Of a stretch of DNA of 64,000 bases, positions 27,301 to 40,808 are shown piece by piece. This DNA comes from Diplonema japonicum. Its lineage: Eukaryota; Protista; Euglenozoa: Diplonemea. Where the stretch lies: the NCBI GenBank assembly GCA_964019335.1, contig OZ025701.1, forward strand, positions 1 through 64,000, written 5' to 3'. The translations under genes and the position numbers were made by a program. The notes beneath the pieces were generated by a model. That model saw only the letters and a list, made by a program, of their open reading frames with translations. It did no database searches and was not told where the DNA came from. How positions within the stretch are numbered: position 1 is the first letter of the stretch; every line of letters starts with the position of its first letter.

Positions 27301-27582
27301 CGCTTCTCCTATGAAGTCGGCAGAGGGGACGCACCGTCCGGTGCATGACGTGCTGTTCACCACCTGCAGCCGATACCCGTCCTTGCACACCACGCAGTCT
27401 TCGGGGCCCGCACAAGACTGACAGAATCCGCATAGTTTGCAGTGTGTATCTGACCCGCAGTCGGTATGCCAGCTGATATCCTTTAAGTCCGCCCGACAAG
27501 CCTCCCCACGGGGTGCACACACCGCAGCTGCACTGCTCGCAGCAAAACATGCTGTTGCTGCCAACAGCCACACATTCCCCAT
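6342..27582 (-). CDS. Giant (~7,040 aa) secreted-ectodomain multi-pass membrane protein: Cys/EGF/laminin-EGF repeats, IPT/TIG-like, DNRLRE-like, mucin stalk, TRP_C/polycystin-like TM module, B-box, EF-hand
   Basis: Signal peptide MGNVWLLAATACFAASSAA. Exons 27582-8788, 8753-8628, 8596-8024 and 7967-6342 are joined in frame by phase-0 GTATG..CAG introns of 34, 31 and 56 nt. The C-terminal motifs KMLMNHLQV, LFLIYPSL, SYLKADTRIDC and LGFLYSGFRRKCYYWEMVIMVRKM are typical of giant protist multi-pass proteins. Confidence 0.88.
17395..17680 (-). repeat. Coding tandem repeat: ~7 x 27 bp (9 aa, PQANDTSDA-like) plus 2 x PNPMPPPPD
   Basis: Repeated gtcatttgcctgtgg..atcagacgt units. Each peptide unit contains an N-x-T sequon. 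Confidence 0.9.
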
Positions 27583-28030
27583 GCAGTCTTCACCGTGCCG
27601 TCCTTTTTCTTTTTTCTTTTTTTTTTTGTCCCAGCAAGCCTGCAGTGTAGATACGTGTTTAGAAAATTAAAATGCTAGCGTAGTAATAAGAATAACACGC
27701 TCTACCATACTTGGACTTTATATAGCCAGCTGATTCGCAACCTTTGTTTATCGTCAGCAAGGGTTTAAAAAGATTCTAGAAAAACGGAATAATCTATTGA
27801 GCCTAAATACGGTATTATGGCTATGCTCTCATGGTATTTGTTTTAGGCATGGCACGATGTGTAAATATCTGACAACATAACGACAGCAGCAAGCTTATCG
27901 TTCACAACCACACGCTAAGGGCAAGAGCTCTTCATTGTTTTCCTGTGATAACTAGGTCAGGGAAAAAATAAATCAAAAAGGTTCGATGCACCGAAATGCC
28001 ACGAAAAAACTCATGTGTGAATCTATGATA

Positions 28031-31000
28031 TCATTCGTATTCCGCAAAACCGTCCTCCTCGTCAGCTCCGGACACCAGTAGGTTTTCCGCCGTCGGCTCG
28101 GGCTTGCCATTAGGCTTAGCTGCCTTCTGCGCTTCTGACTCCTTAGAGCGGCCGAAGAAAGAAAATCCTGTCTTTTGCTTCTTTTTCTCCTCATCTCGGT
28201 TCGCTACCAACGATTCTAAAGAGGTGACGTTGTCTAAGTCGGCTGTTAGCTGCTTCTTCTCTGCTTCGAAATCCTCTTTCAGCTGCTTGATATTTGATTC
28301 GTGCTCCTCTCTCAGCTCTTTGCGTAACTTCTCGTTGTCTTCGAACTGCTCCATCGCAATATCCTCGATCCAGAGCTCCTTCTGTACGCTGGTGCTCAAC
28401 TTGACACCTTCGTGCAGCAGGTCCATCACAGCGGCTGCACATTCACGCGCGATCACATGACGCTCCTTCTCCTCCTGTTGTGTTGTTGGAATTGTGGCCA
28501 TTGTGTATACCTCAGCAACAGCCAGTTCCACCTGTGTACTGTCTAAACTCTGGTGCGTCTTCTGCAGGGCTTCCGTGATTTCAATGTTCTGTGTGACGTG
28601 AGTGATGAAAGCAAAGTATACCTTAGTTGTGAGGCTCGCGACCTCCTCTTTCTCGTGTTCGATATCATCATTCTTCTCCTCGACAAGCAGCTTCTTTTCT
28701 TCCAAGTCAATCTTATGCTCCTCCAGCGACTTCTGCGCCACTTCCTTGGCTTCTATCTCAATTTTAAGGTTCGCTTGGAGCTCTTTAATCTCGTTACAAA
28801 GGTTCGTCTGCGTGCCGAGGCCTTCCGCTTGGGCCTGCTTCAGCTCCTCCGTCTTTGCTGCAAGCTTCTCAGTAGTATCGTCAAGGTTCGCCGTGACTGT
28901 TGCGGCCGATGTTTTTAGCTCTTCAATCAACGCTGCTGCATCCTTGGCCTCCTCCTGCATGGTGTCGATTGCGCTCTCGTTCTCTTCTTTGGTACCCGTC
29001 AGTCCATCGATGATCTCTTGCTTAGCAGCGATATCAGCGTCCTTCTCACAGAGTTCTTTCTTTTTCTCCTCAACCTCCTTTTCAAAGTTGCTGATTGAGG
29101 TCTCGTTGGCAGAAACCTTTTCTCGAAGCCTATCAATGTCTGTCTTGAGCCCTCCCTCAGTCTTCGTCGCCTCTTCTTCTGTGGTCTGAATAGTTTGCTG
29201 CAAGTCAGCCTTGTCAGCCTCGAGCTTGGAGATAACTTCCTTCAGTGAACCAGATTCGATTGTCAACTCCTTGACTTGGTTCTCCGCATCCTGCAGCTTT
29301 GCTGATGTCTCCGTAAGTGCGTCGCTTGTGATGCTCAATTTGTTGCTCGCTTCGTCAAGCTTGGTTCCTTTCTCACCGATAGCGTCCTTGAGTTCGTTGA
29401 CCTCTGTTTCAAAGGCACGGATGGTGTCAGCCTGCTCAGTGATTTCTGTCTGCATCTTGATTTGCATGCTTTGTTGCTCATCTGTCTTGTCATCATATTT
29501 CTTTTCCAGCTCCGCAATCTTTGCTTGCATCTCACCGAGTTCTGCATTCTTCTTTTCTGCTTCCTGAGCCTGCTCATCCTTTGATGCAGATGCCTGTGTT
29601 TCTAAGTCCTTAATCTTTGCCTCCGCTGCTGCCAGATTGTCGGACGTGACTTTCATGCTCTGTTCTTGTGATGCTATCTGCTCTTGCAAGCTCTTTTCCA
29701 ACTCGTCTTTATCCTTTGCCAGCTTTTCGGCACTGTCCCTACCTGCTGCCACATCATCAGATGCAGCAGTCAGCTTGTCGTTCAATCCAGCCACCTGTGC
29801 GTCTTTTTCTTTGTTTGCGCTTTCTGCCTTGGACAGGGCCTCCTGCTGAGCAGCCACCTCTTCTTCGAGCTTCGTGATAGACGCTGCCAGTTTCGCAGTC
29901 GTTGCTTTGTTGCCAGCTTCTGCTTTCTCAAGCTCGTCAGTCAGGCCTTTGCACTTTCCCTCGAGAGAGTTGACAGCTGCTTCTTTAGACGCGACATTCT
30001 CCTGCAGGGCTTGCTTGTCCTTCTCCAATTCGGCCACCTGACCATTGTGTAGATTGCTGTCGCTAGTTGCTTTCGACTTCAAAGCTGACAGTTCGCTGTC
30101 CGCCTTCTCCAATGCTGCTTGCTGCTTTGCTGCTAACTCGTTTTGTTTTGACAATTCTTCCTTGAGTGTTGCTCTCTCACCCCGAAGCCCTTCCACATTT
30201 GCGGCGAGGCTCTTTTTTGTAGCCGCTGCCTCTTCTTCAAATTCCTTCAACTTTTGGGACAGCTTCTCTTTCTCATCGGTGTTCTTGATGACCTGCTCCT
30301 CGTGCTTGACCTTAAGTGCCTTTAGCTGCTCCTCGCTTTCTGTTTTCGTATCAGCGACAGTTCTTTTGAGGGCATCTGCTTCCTTTTGTCTGCTGTCCGC
30401 CTTCTCCTTAGTTTCCTTGACAAGTGCTGTCAGTTTTTCGATCTCCTTGTCTTGGTCGTCGGCCTGCAAGTTTGCATCGTCCAACTTTCTTTTCAGTGTG
30501 GCGGCCCCTCTTTGGTATTCTCCTTCCTTTTCGATTGCGTGATCAAGCTCCTTCTGCAGCTGTTCCATCTCGTTTTTCAACTCCAGCACACTCGCCTGTT
30601 GATGTGATCTTTTAAAACATGGATAGAACATACCTCTGCATCGTCGGCACGCGCTGCGTGCTGTTCGATGTCCTCCCGTGCCTTCTTCAGCTTCGTATCA
30701 AGCTTGCCTTTCTCTTCTGTCATGGCCTTCTCCTTTGTTTCCATGTCTTCGAACAAGCGTGCCTTCTCCTCATTTGACTCTCGCAGCTCTGCTGTCACGT
30801 CGCTGAGTTGTGCATCTGCCAGCTCCTTCTCGTCGTTGGCACTGTGTGAGGTACGGGAAACATAAATTGACATACGTTCCCAAGTTGTCCTTGAGCTCAA
30901 CCACTTCGGCTTCTGCAGCATCTGCCTTGATCTTGGTCGTGTTGTATTGATGCTCAAGGGTGCCCACCTGTTCAACAAGCTGGTCTTTTTGGGTTTCCGC

Positions 31001-33376
31001 CTCTTTCGCAGCTCGCATGTATTCATCTTTGAGCTCTGCAAACGTGGCACAGGCAGCCTGTTCTTCCTTAAACTTGTCCTCGAGGGAATCCTTCTCGTCC
31101 TCAGCATCTCTCACTCGGAGCTTTAAAACCTCAACCTCCCTTTCGAGGATTCCCTTTTGTGTCTCTCCTTCCTGTACGGCAAGCTGCAGGCTCTTCAAAC
31201 GTGTCCCTTGTGCGTTTTTTTCGTTTTCAAGCTCCTCGTTAGCTTGCTTCAGGTCGTTCGCCTGGGCCTTTGCCATCTCAAGATCTGCGGCAGCTGCCTT
31301 CGGGCTGTTCTCGGCCTTGGTGAGGTCTTCTTCGGTCTTTGCCAAACGGAGATCCTGTAGTGTGTTACCATATTTAACCGGATACCTTCTTCTGGTTGTC
31401 TTTCTGAAGCACTTCACACTTCTTCTCAGCAACTTTCACCTTCTCTTCCATCTGGCTCTTCTCCGCGATCCATCTTGCATTCAACTCGTCGCCGCCTCTT
31501 ACCTGCTTGTCAAGCTTCGATATCTGCTTCTCGAGTTCCTAATATTATTAGATTAAATACGTGAAACACAAAAAGGTACCTTGTTCTTGGCGGCCATCTT
31601 GTCCTCCTTCTTCGACAGGGATGTCAGTTTCTCCTTCAAGAGGTCTTTCTGCGAGTTATAATTTAGTAACATAAAGCACTCATACCGCCGCCACAACTTC
31701 TTTGTAATCACGTTGTGCCGACTCCTTGTGGTCCTTTAACTTCTCTTTTATATCTTTGCTTTTCTTCTCCACCTCTCTCATCTTTTCTTTCACCTCGATA
31801 AGCTCTTTTTTGAGAGCGTCACGCTCAGCACCCACATCATTGTCCTTCTTCTTTTTCTTTTCCTTTGCTTCCATCTTTTTAAGCTTTTCTTCTGTGTTGT
31901 CTTTTCTAGCGCTCTGTGCAAAACGCTCTTTCCTCTCTTGGACAAATGATGTCTGTGATGATTTGTGTTCGTGCAAAGCTCATACCTTTTCCTGCTCAAG
32001 ACGAGTGATAGTCTGTTCCTGCATGAGGCACCTGTCTTCTAGTTCCTGGACCCTTTGCTTGTGCGTAGCACCACCTGCTTCCCTCACCTGTTTCCTGAGA
32101 TACTCCACCTTGGCCTCCAGCTCCTTGATTTTCGCAACGCTCGAGTCTTCGTTAACAACAGCGATGTTAATAATCTCACGTGCCCTCGACGCGTACCGCA
32201 GCGTGTTGATGGTCTCGTCAAGGTTGATCTCAGCAGGACTCACAGCTGCTATCTGCAAAAGGTGTGATTGCGACGGGGCACCATACCATGGCGGTCTTGC
32301 TGTTCCCACCCAGAGAGTCGGAAAGGATCCACGTCAGCATGGAGTCTCTGTAGGGGGGGAACGCACCCTTCACGCTGTTCGCCAAGTCTGCCAGAGCATC
32401 TATCACCCTCCCAAGCGTTGTGAGTGACAAGTTGATCTTCGTCGCTTCCTTGAAGTTGATGCCCTCGGCACCACTGCTAGCCACACGCTCGCTCCCTGCC
32501 AAGTCAACAAGGTTGAGCTTGGACGCGGTACTGCCTTTCTTGTCCTTGTCGGCACCGCTGTCCTGCGCAATTTGAGAAATGTTGATCATAAAGATTGCGT
32601 GGCTCCTGCTGCTTGCCGCATTCATTTTGGTCTCGGCGGTCGTACGCACAGTGTCACCCTGCAGCGGGGTAGGAATTACTAAAGACATACCTTTTCCATG
32701 AGCCTCAGGATGCTTTCTTCTGTAATGACTTCGTGCGCTGAAAGGTCCTCAACGTAAGTTCCAGTTGTCGGGTCCTGCGTGGTGTCTGTAGATGTCAAAG
32801 GCATACCTGTCGTACACGCAGGGACTCCTTCTTCTTGGGTCCCAGCAGATCGCGCACGGCCTCGTTGTAGATTTCGATATACGAAATAGTAATCTTAAAC
32901 TTGATGTCCTTCTTTCCTGACGTCTTCACCAGGACATCCCTGCACAGCCTCGGGATGATCCCTCTGAACTCAGCGTCGTCTCTCTTGCCCATCATAGTGT
33001 GCGTCTTACCGCTCCCTGTCTGACCGTATGCAAACAAACAAGCATTGTACCCCTCCAACACGTTGTTCACCATAGGCACACCACACCGCTTGTACACATC
33101 CTCCTGCGCAGAAAAGACGCTCGTTTCCTCTTCCCTCACGTTCTTCAAAAGTTTCATATTGTCAGGCGGGATGGACCAGATGCACCCATCGAAGTTGTAG
33201 GCATGTTTCACCGCTCCTGTATCGGGTTCGAACACCGTGCACTTGTTATCCTTCATGTGAACCACCGTTCTAAGGTCACCCTTAGCGGCATCTATCTCTC
33301 TCTGGTTGTGGGGACGGACCCTCACAAATACTTTCACAGTAGATGACTCCCCATCACTCTTTGCCCCACGTCTCAT
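28031..33376 (-). CDS. Kinesin (kinesin-3-like N-terminal motor) with ~1,250 aa coiled-coil tail, ~1,650 aa, 11 short introns
   Basis: Motifs [81 protein letters not shown] and ETINTLRYA. Introns 32775-32806, 32659-32690, 32253-32286, 31953-31985, 31649-31685, 31539-31579, 31355-31385, 30842-30875, 30596-30633, 28589-28621 and 28475-28510 give a continuous frame. Confidence 0.92.
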
Positions 33377-33531
33377 ATTGCACCTATGAGGCACATGGTT
33401 ATGACAAGCTGAAGTCAAAAAAAAAAAAATAAAAAAAAAAAAAACTAAAGAAGTGAGTCCCAGTGTCATATTGAAATCAACATCTTTTAAACCGGTGGCA
33501 GGGGAGGGGATGGGATAGGGTATACACCCTT

Positions 33532-35161
33532 CTAAAGCTCTTCGTTAAGCTTAACGGTCGCGTGCTCCTTGAGCCACTTGGCCATGTCCGCGACCTCTCT
33601 GGCACCATCGTATGCAATGGGCGTGTCCTTGCCTGTGCTGGTGGCGTAAAGGATGGTGGGGAAGCCAGAAGCCTGTTGTGTTGATAGCGATCATCATCAT
33701 ACCTGAAACTTCTTGTGGGCAACATCGTTGGCAGTGGCGTCCATCTTAGCGATGATGATCTAAGTGAGTTGTGGGCAAACGGAAAACTGGGCATACGTTC
33801 TCCTGGTCTTCGAGTTCCTTAGCGAGCTCGTTGTACTTGGGCTCAAGCGACTTGCAGTGACCGCACCACGGAGCGTACAACTCAATGAACACATCCTTGG
33901 TAGGGTCCATCACAATTTCATTGAAAGTGCTGCCAACCACAACCTGAACCTCATCAGCCGCCGCCTTGGGCGGAGCCTTCTCGGACTTAACGTAAGCCTC
34001 TGCTTTCTTCTCGCTCCACTTGCTAACCCACTCGGCCACAGTACCCTGCGAAGGCGTGTACATGAAGCGCTTCTTCTGCTCCTCAATGACGAACACCTTA
34101 CCGCTGGAAAGGTCCTTTTCCTCCACTGCGTAGGCGTCGTGGCCCTCTGTGTCCGCTTGCACTTGTGATTTGCAACATACCATCGTTGATCGCGAACACC
34201 AGCTTCTTCTCGAATTTCTTCTGGATGGGCTCCAGCTCCTTCACAAGCTGCTTCACGAGCTCGTCCTTTTTGTCGGCAGAGATGAAGGCACGCAAGATGG
34301 GCTTGCCCTTGGAGGAGATGAGCTCCATAGTGTCCTTGTCAGCATAGCCGACAGGGGGCACACCCATGTCCAGTACCCACTCGGTCACTGCCTGCTTGTA
34401 GATCCCGCCGTTGAACATCTTCTTGAAGTTCTTCCCCCCAAACGGGCGGTAGATGGTGATGGCACTTTTACTTCCGTAGTAGCCTACAGCCTCAAGCACG
34501 GAGGGGGATTTCACGTGGTAGAAGGAGAACTTTCCCCTGTGAATGTTGTTATATTGTTACATGCCACACCTGTAGTGGTCCGCAACTTGCATGAATATCT
34601 TGTAGTCCACGTTCTCACTAGCGAAGTAGCCAACCACGGCAACGTGGTCGAGCGTCTTTTTGTGGAACTTGGACTTCACCTCTTTGGAGTCAGTGATCTC
34701 AATGGATGAGGGTCCCACCTGTGTAGTTGATGTGTACAACTCAAAGGCACACCTGCTCCTTCATGTAGGACACGATGCCGTCGGTCTCGCGGGAGCCTCC
34801 GTAATCAGACATCACCCCGTTTCTGTAGATCTTCAGAGTAGGGTACCCACTGACGCCAGCCTTGGCTGCAACAGACTTCTCTTCGGTGGCGTCGACCTTG
34901 GCGAGGATGATAGGCGGGTCGTGCTCCGCGAGGACCTTCGCAGCCTCCTCATATTTGGGTGTGAGCTGCTTGCAGTGCCCGCACCACGGTGCGTAAAACT
35001 CTACAAGAACTAACGGCTCACTCTCAACGACCTCGTTCCAGTTCGCGTCAGTCGCGACCTTCACGAACTCTTCCTCCGCCCTGCGTGTGGGTTTAATCAT
35101 ATGGAGCTGCGATATACCTTGCGCTAAGCAGCATCGCTGCCACGACTGCGAGAAGCTTCAT
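33532..35161 (-). CDS. PDI: Protein disulfide-isomerase (a-b-b'-a'), multi-exon
   Basis: Signal peptide MKLLAVVAAMLLSA. Two YAPWCGHCK active sites, AKVDATE and GYPTLK. The C-terminus ..KLNEEL* is an ER-retention-like motif. Confidence 0.95.
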
Positions 35162-35578
35162 TATAAGTTGCCTGTTAGAATAAGTAAACTGCTACAATAG
35201 GTATCAATACATCAGATCAATATCTATGGCGCAAAACTACCAGTCATGCCAATCTTCATCGGCGTCACTCGACTTCACCTTTTCTGAATCCCAGTTAGGG
35301 TCCCAGTTAGGTTTATCCTGCAAACATGCGAGCATACAACATCATACCTGCGTGCCAAACACCTCTGACATGGATGCTTCTTGAAGTCTCGTCGCGGGTG
35401 ACGCCTTTCGGTTCAACGACGTTGACGAGCACAGTATGAGCTCAGAGTCTTCGAATGTATCGCCCTGTATTCATTTTTACTCAAGTTGCCTCATTTTACT
35501 TCGTGGGTGCTGCATACCAAAGGGTTTTGTTGTGTAGGTGGGGATGAGAACAACTCGTTTTTGGGGCTGTTTAGATAG

Positions 35579-36364
35579 TTAATCTTGCCAGGCGGCATAC
35601 CTCAATGCCTCGACTGTTTTAGAAGGGTCAGTATTTTTCGCTTTGGTGAGGGCCGAGCTGAGGTGCGTCATTTCTTTTGCAAGGTCGTCGAAGTGCTGGT
35701 GAGTCTGCTGAAAGAGGATGCTGTAGATGCTCCACAGGCCGCTAGCTGCCTCGTCAGTTGCGACCTTCATCCCTGCTTTGGTCTCCCGCGTCAGCTGGCT
35801 GAACTTCGCCGATTGTATGTCGAGATCTTGTTCAAGTTGGGCTTTCGCTTGTCTTGTTTTTTCTAGTTTCTCCGGCGCACGAAGCTCGTTGAGCGCCTCT
35901 GACAGGGCCTTCACGTCGTGTCTCAAGGCGTCCATGTCGAGCCGTGCCTGCCGTACCTCTGCGTGAGGCACCTCAGCCTCTTCCAGTTTTCTGTATGAGG
36001 ACTTTGTGATCTCCAACGAGGTGTTAACCACCGTCTCTGTGTATATAACCGCCTGCTGCGACAAGCTGCTGATAGTAGTGCGCATCAAGGTGCTGAAGCC
36101 GTCCATGTCCTCTACATCAAGCATCTTACCGAATTCCCCGTACGTGCCGGCTATGCTGTTGAAGGTGCTGCTCAAGTCCACCATGCACTTGTCTAAGCCC
36201 TTGATCTGCTTCTCCAAATCCTTCACTAGTGTCTTGCATGTCTGCACCTTCTCCTTCGCCCTCCCGTACTCATCGTCGCGTGTCTCGTCGGCAATCCCCA
36301 TCTTCTGCATCACCTGCTGCTTGCCCCTCTTCATCGAGGCACCAAACGTCTTGAACATGTTCAT
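35579..36364 (-). CDS. BAR/arfaptin-like helical protein, single exon
   Basis: N-terminal amphipathic MKRGKQQVMQKMG..ETRDDEY motif typical of N-BAR proteins. Also carries RLDMDA. All-helical, 261 aa. Confidence 0.7.
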   Translation of the reverse strand: MNMFKTFGASMKRGKQQVMQKMGIADETRDDEYGRAKEKVQTCKTLVKDLEKQIKGLDKCMVDLSSTFNSIAGTYGEFGKMLDVEDMDGFSTLMRTTISSLSQQAVIYTETVVNTSLEITKSSYRKLEEAEVPHAEVRQARLDMDALRHDVKALSEALNELRAPEKLEKTRQAKAQLEQDLDIQSAKFSQLTRETKAGMKVATDEAASGLWSIYSILFQQTHQHFDDLAKEMTHLSSALTKAKNTDPSKTVEALRYAAWQD

Positions 36365-36612
36365 CTCTGCTCAGGTGATTACTGCAGTTGCTCCAAGCTA
36401 AACGGGAGGGGAGGTCGAGCTAAAGAGGACAATAAGAAAACAAAACCCCCTGTTTTTTTTTTTCTTTTTTTTTTTTTTTTTTCTTTTTTTTTATGCGGTG
36501 CGGCTTGTTCCATATGTTCGCAACCGTGTTGAACACCACCACCAATAGGGTAGCAGGTAGCGGGACTGGCCAGCCACCAGCCACCTGGTTTGTGGTTCAC
36601 AATGTCATCGTG

Positions 36613-37184
36613 TCATTCATCCGAGTCCGACCCCGTGACGCCTCTAGCAGTTGTCTTGAACAAGTCGTACCTGTGGGATGCCGAACCTTAGAACGAAAAA
36701 GAAAAAGATACCATTTAGTTTCCACGTCATCCTTTGCAAGCTTGATGACGAGTTGGTTTTCTTTGAATCTCAGAGTGCTCTTCTCGCCTACTATCTTCTG
36801 GTTGAGCCTGATCAACCGCAGCTCGTGATCGCTGGGCTCATCCCGAATTGTGAGGAGGAAGCTGCGCTTCTTGCACTCCAGGGTGACGTCAGCCTCCTTG
36901 GCGCCTATACCAGGGAAATCAATGTAAATCCTGAGTGGGAGGTGATGACGTGTTTGATTAAGAAATGCATACGATACTATTTTCTTCCCGTCGGTCCACG
37001 AGTATTTACTTAATTTCTTTACGCTCCTCACCTTTTCTTGCCTCTCTTCCACCGCTACTAAACGGGGGACCACCATAGGAGCTGTATCCCCTGACTCGGC
37101 CCTTTCCTTTCCATGGTTATGCCAATAATGATACGAGCTGCTCCCATACCGCTTGTCCTTCTTGGTCTCTGTCGCCTCAGACAT
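36613..37184 (-). CDS. CS-domain (p23/SGT1/CacyBP-like) co-chaperone
   Basis: Motifs KYSWTDGKKIV.IYIDFPGI and LVIKLAK..W. One in-frame 42-nt intron, plus one intron after ETKW giving ..YDLFKTTARGVTGSDSDE*. Confidence 0.8.
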
Positions 37185-37532
37185 CTTTTTTTTTTTGTAA
37201 TATTTTCCTTGATTTCAATTCTTTTCTCTTACCCTTATGCAGTCGAGGAAGGGGGCGGGGATTGATCGTTGATCTTCCCGAATTTGGAAAAGGTCTAAGT
37301 TAGTGATTTTTCCCCCCCCTGTAAAATCGACGTCGTGGAAGAATTGTCACATTTGTTTGACTGCATAAGGGCTAAAAAAAAAGAAAGGAAATGAAAAAAA
37401 AAACTAAAAATGGAGGAAAAGAAAGGAGAAAAAAGAAAGAAATAAAATCTGGTTACTACCAGCAAAAAAAAAAAAAGGAGGAGGGGCAATAAAACTTTTT
37501 TTTCTTTTGAAGGGTGAAAAAAAAAATATAAC

Positions 37533-37571
<39 letters not shown>

Positions 37572-38359
37572 AAAGAAGGAAAAAGAAAAAAGAATGTAGC
37601 AGTGTTTCCTTTTTTTTTATTGGGCTTCAAATGGTTTTAAGTAAAGTCGAAAAGAGCACCGCTTTTGGAGAATACCTACACTAAAAATAGAAATGGGAAG
37701 TAAAAAATATGGGGGGCTTTTTAAAACATAATCATGCAGGCAATAAAATAATTTAAAAAAAAAGAAAGATGCAAAGTGAAATTTCTTTTTTTCCCCTTTG
37801 TTTCGCTGCCCCTTGCTTGCAAGAAAAGAAACTATGTATCTAAAAAAAGGGAGGGTGGGGAAGGGAAAGAAAAAGGGGCTTCTTTAAACAACGTTGCTTA
37901 CCTTCCACTTGATAAGAACGTGAATAAAAGAAACTTAAAAAAAAAAAAGCTTTTAAAGATGCAAAACTATTGTTAAACCTTGTACCGGAAAACTTTTTTT
38001 TCTCCCCCGACTAGAAGGGACCTTTTTTTTTCTTTTGTAAAAAGGGGAAGCAAAGAGTGGGAGGGGAGACAAAAAAAAGGCCAAATAAAGTAAAGCATAC
38101 CAAGGGATCCTTGCTGGTTGAATTCTTTCTACTGGTTCTTCTTTCTTTTTTTAAAAAAGGTGTTCATGTTTAAATAATTAAGCCAAAAGGAAAAATCTTC
38201 GTTAAAGGGGTAAATTATAAAGAAAAAAATAAAAATAAAAATAAAAGAAAGAAAACCAGTAGTCTCGTCCCTGATCTAAAAAAAAAAATGATATAAAAAG
38301 AAGCCCCACCCCCAAACCCAGAGTGTCTACACTAAAACCTAAAGCAACTCTACAACAGC

Positions 38360-40430
<2,071 letters not shown>

Positions 40431-40808
40431 TTATATTTGTGTACTTACAGGGAAATGGGAAACGAAATGAATAAGAAGCCTATTCTTAGTCCTTATTAGG
40501 CAGTGTGGGAAATCCTTTTTGTGTGCAATGCTGATCACGATACACCGATAAGAAGGCAGCGTTCTGTGAAATATTATCATGAGTCGTACCGCATACCTCC
40601 TGTGGTGTGCCGTACTTGCTCAACTGGCTGTGGAAATTGACAAGTTTTCCACATACATCAAGAGACTGGAGCGAAGGCATGTGTAAGTGAATACCTGCTA
40701 AACTATGAAAATGATGAAGATTCACGCAAAAAGAGAATTGAGAGAAAGGTTGTAATGTAAGATGAGGGCGATTATACCCAAATAATCACTCAGAGTGTAC
40801 CCAAACAA

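Noticed and set aside
35289-35312. tcccagttagg x2 including one TTAGGG
   Set aside because: Too short to call a telomeric seed or regulatory element.
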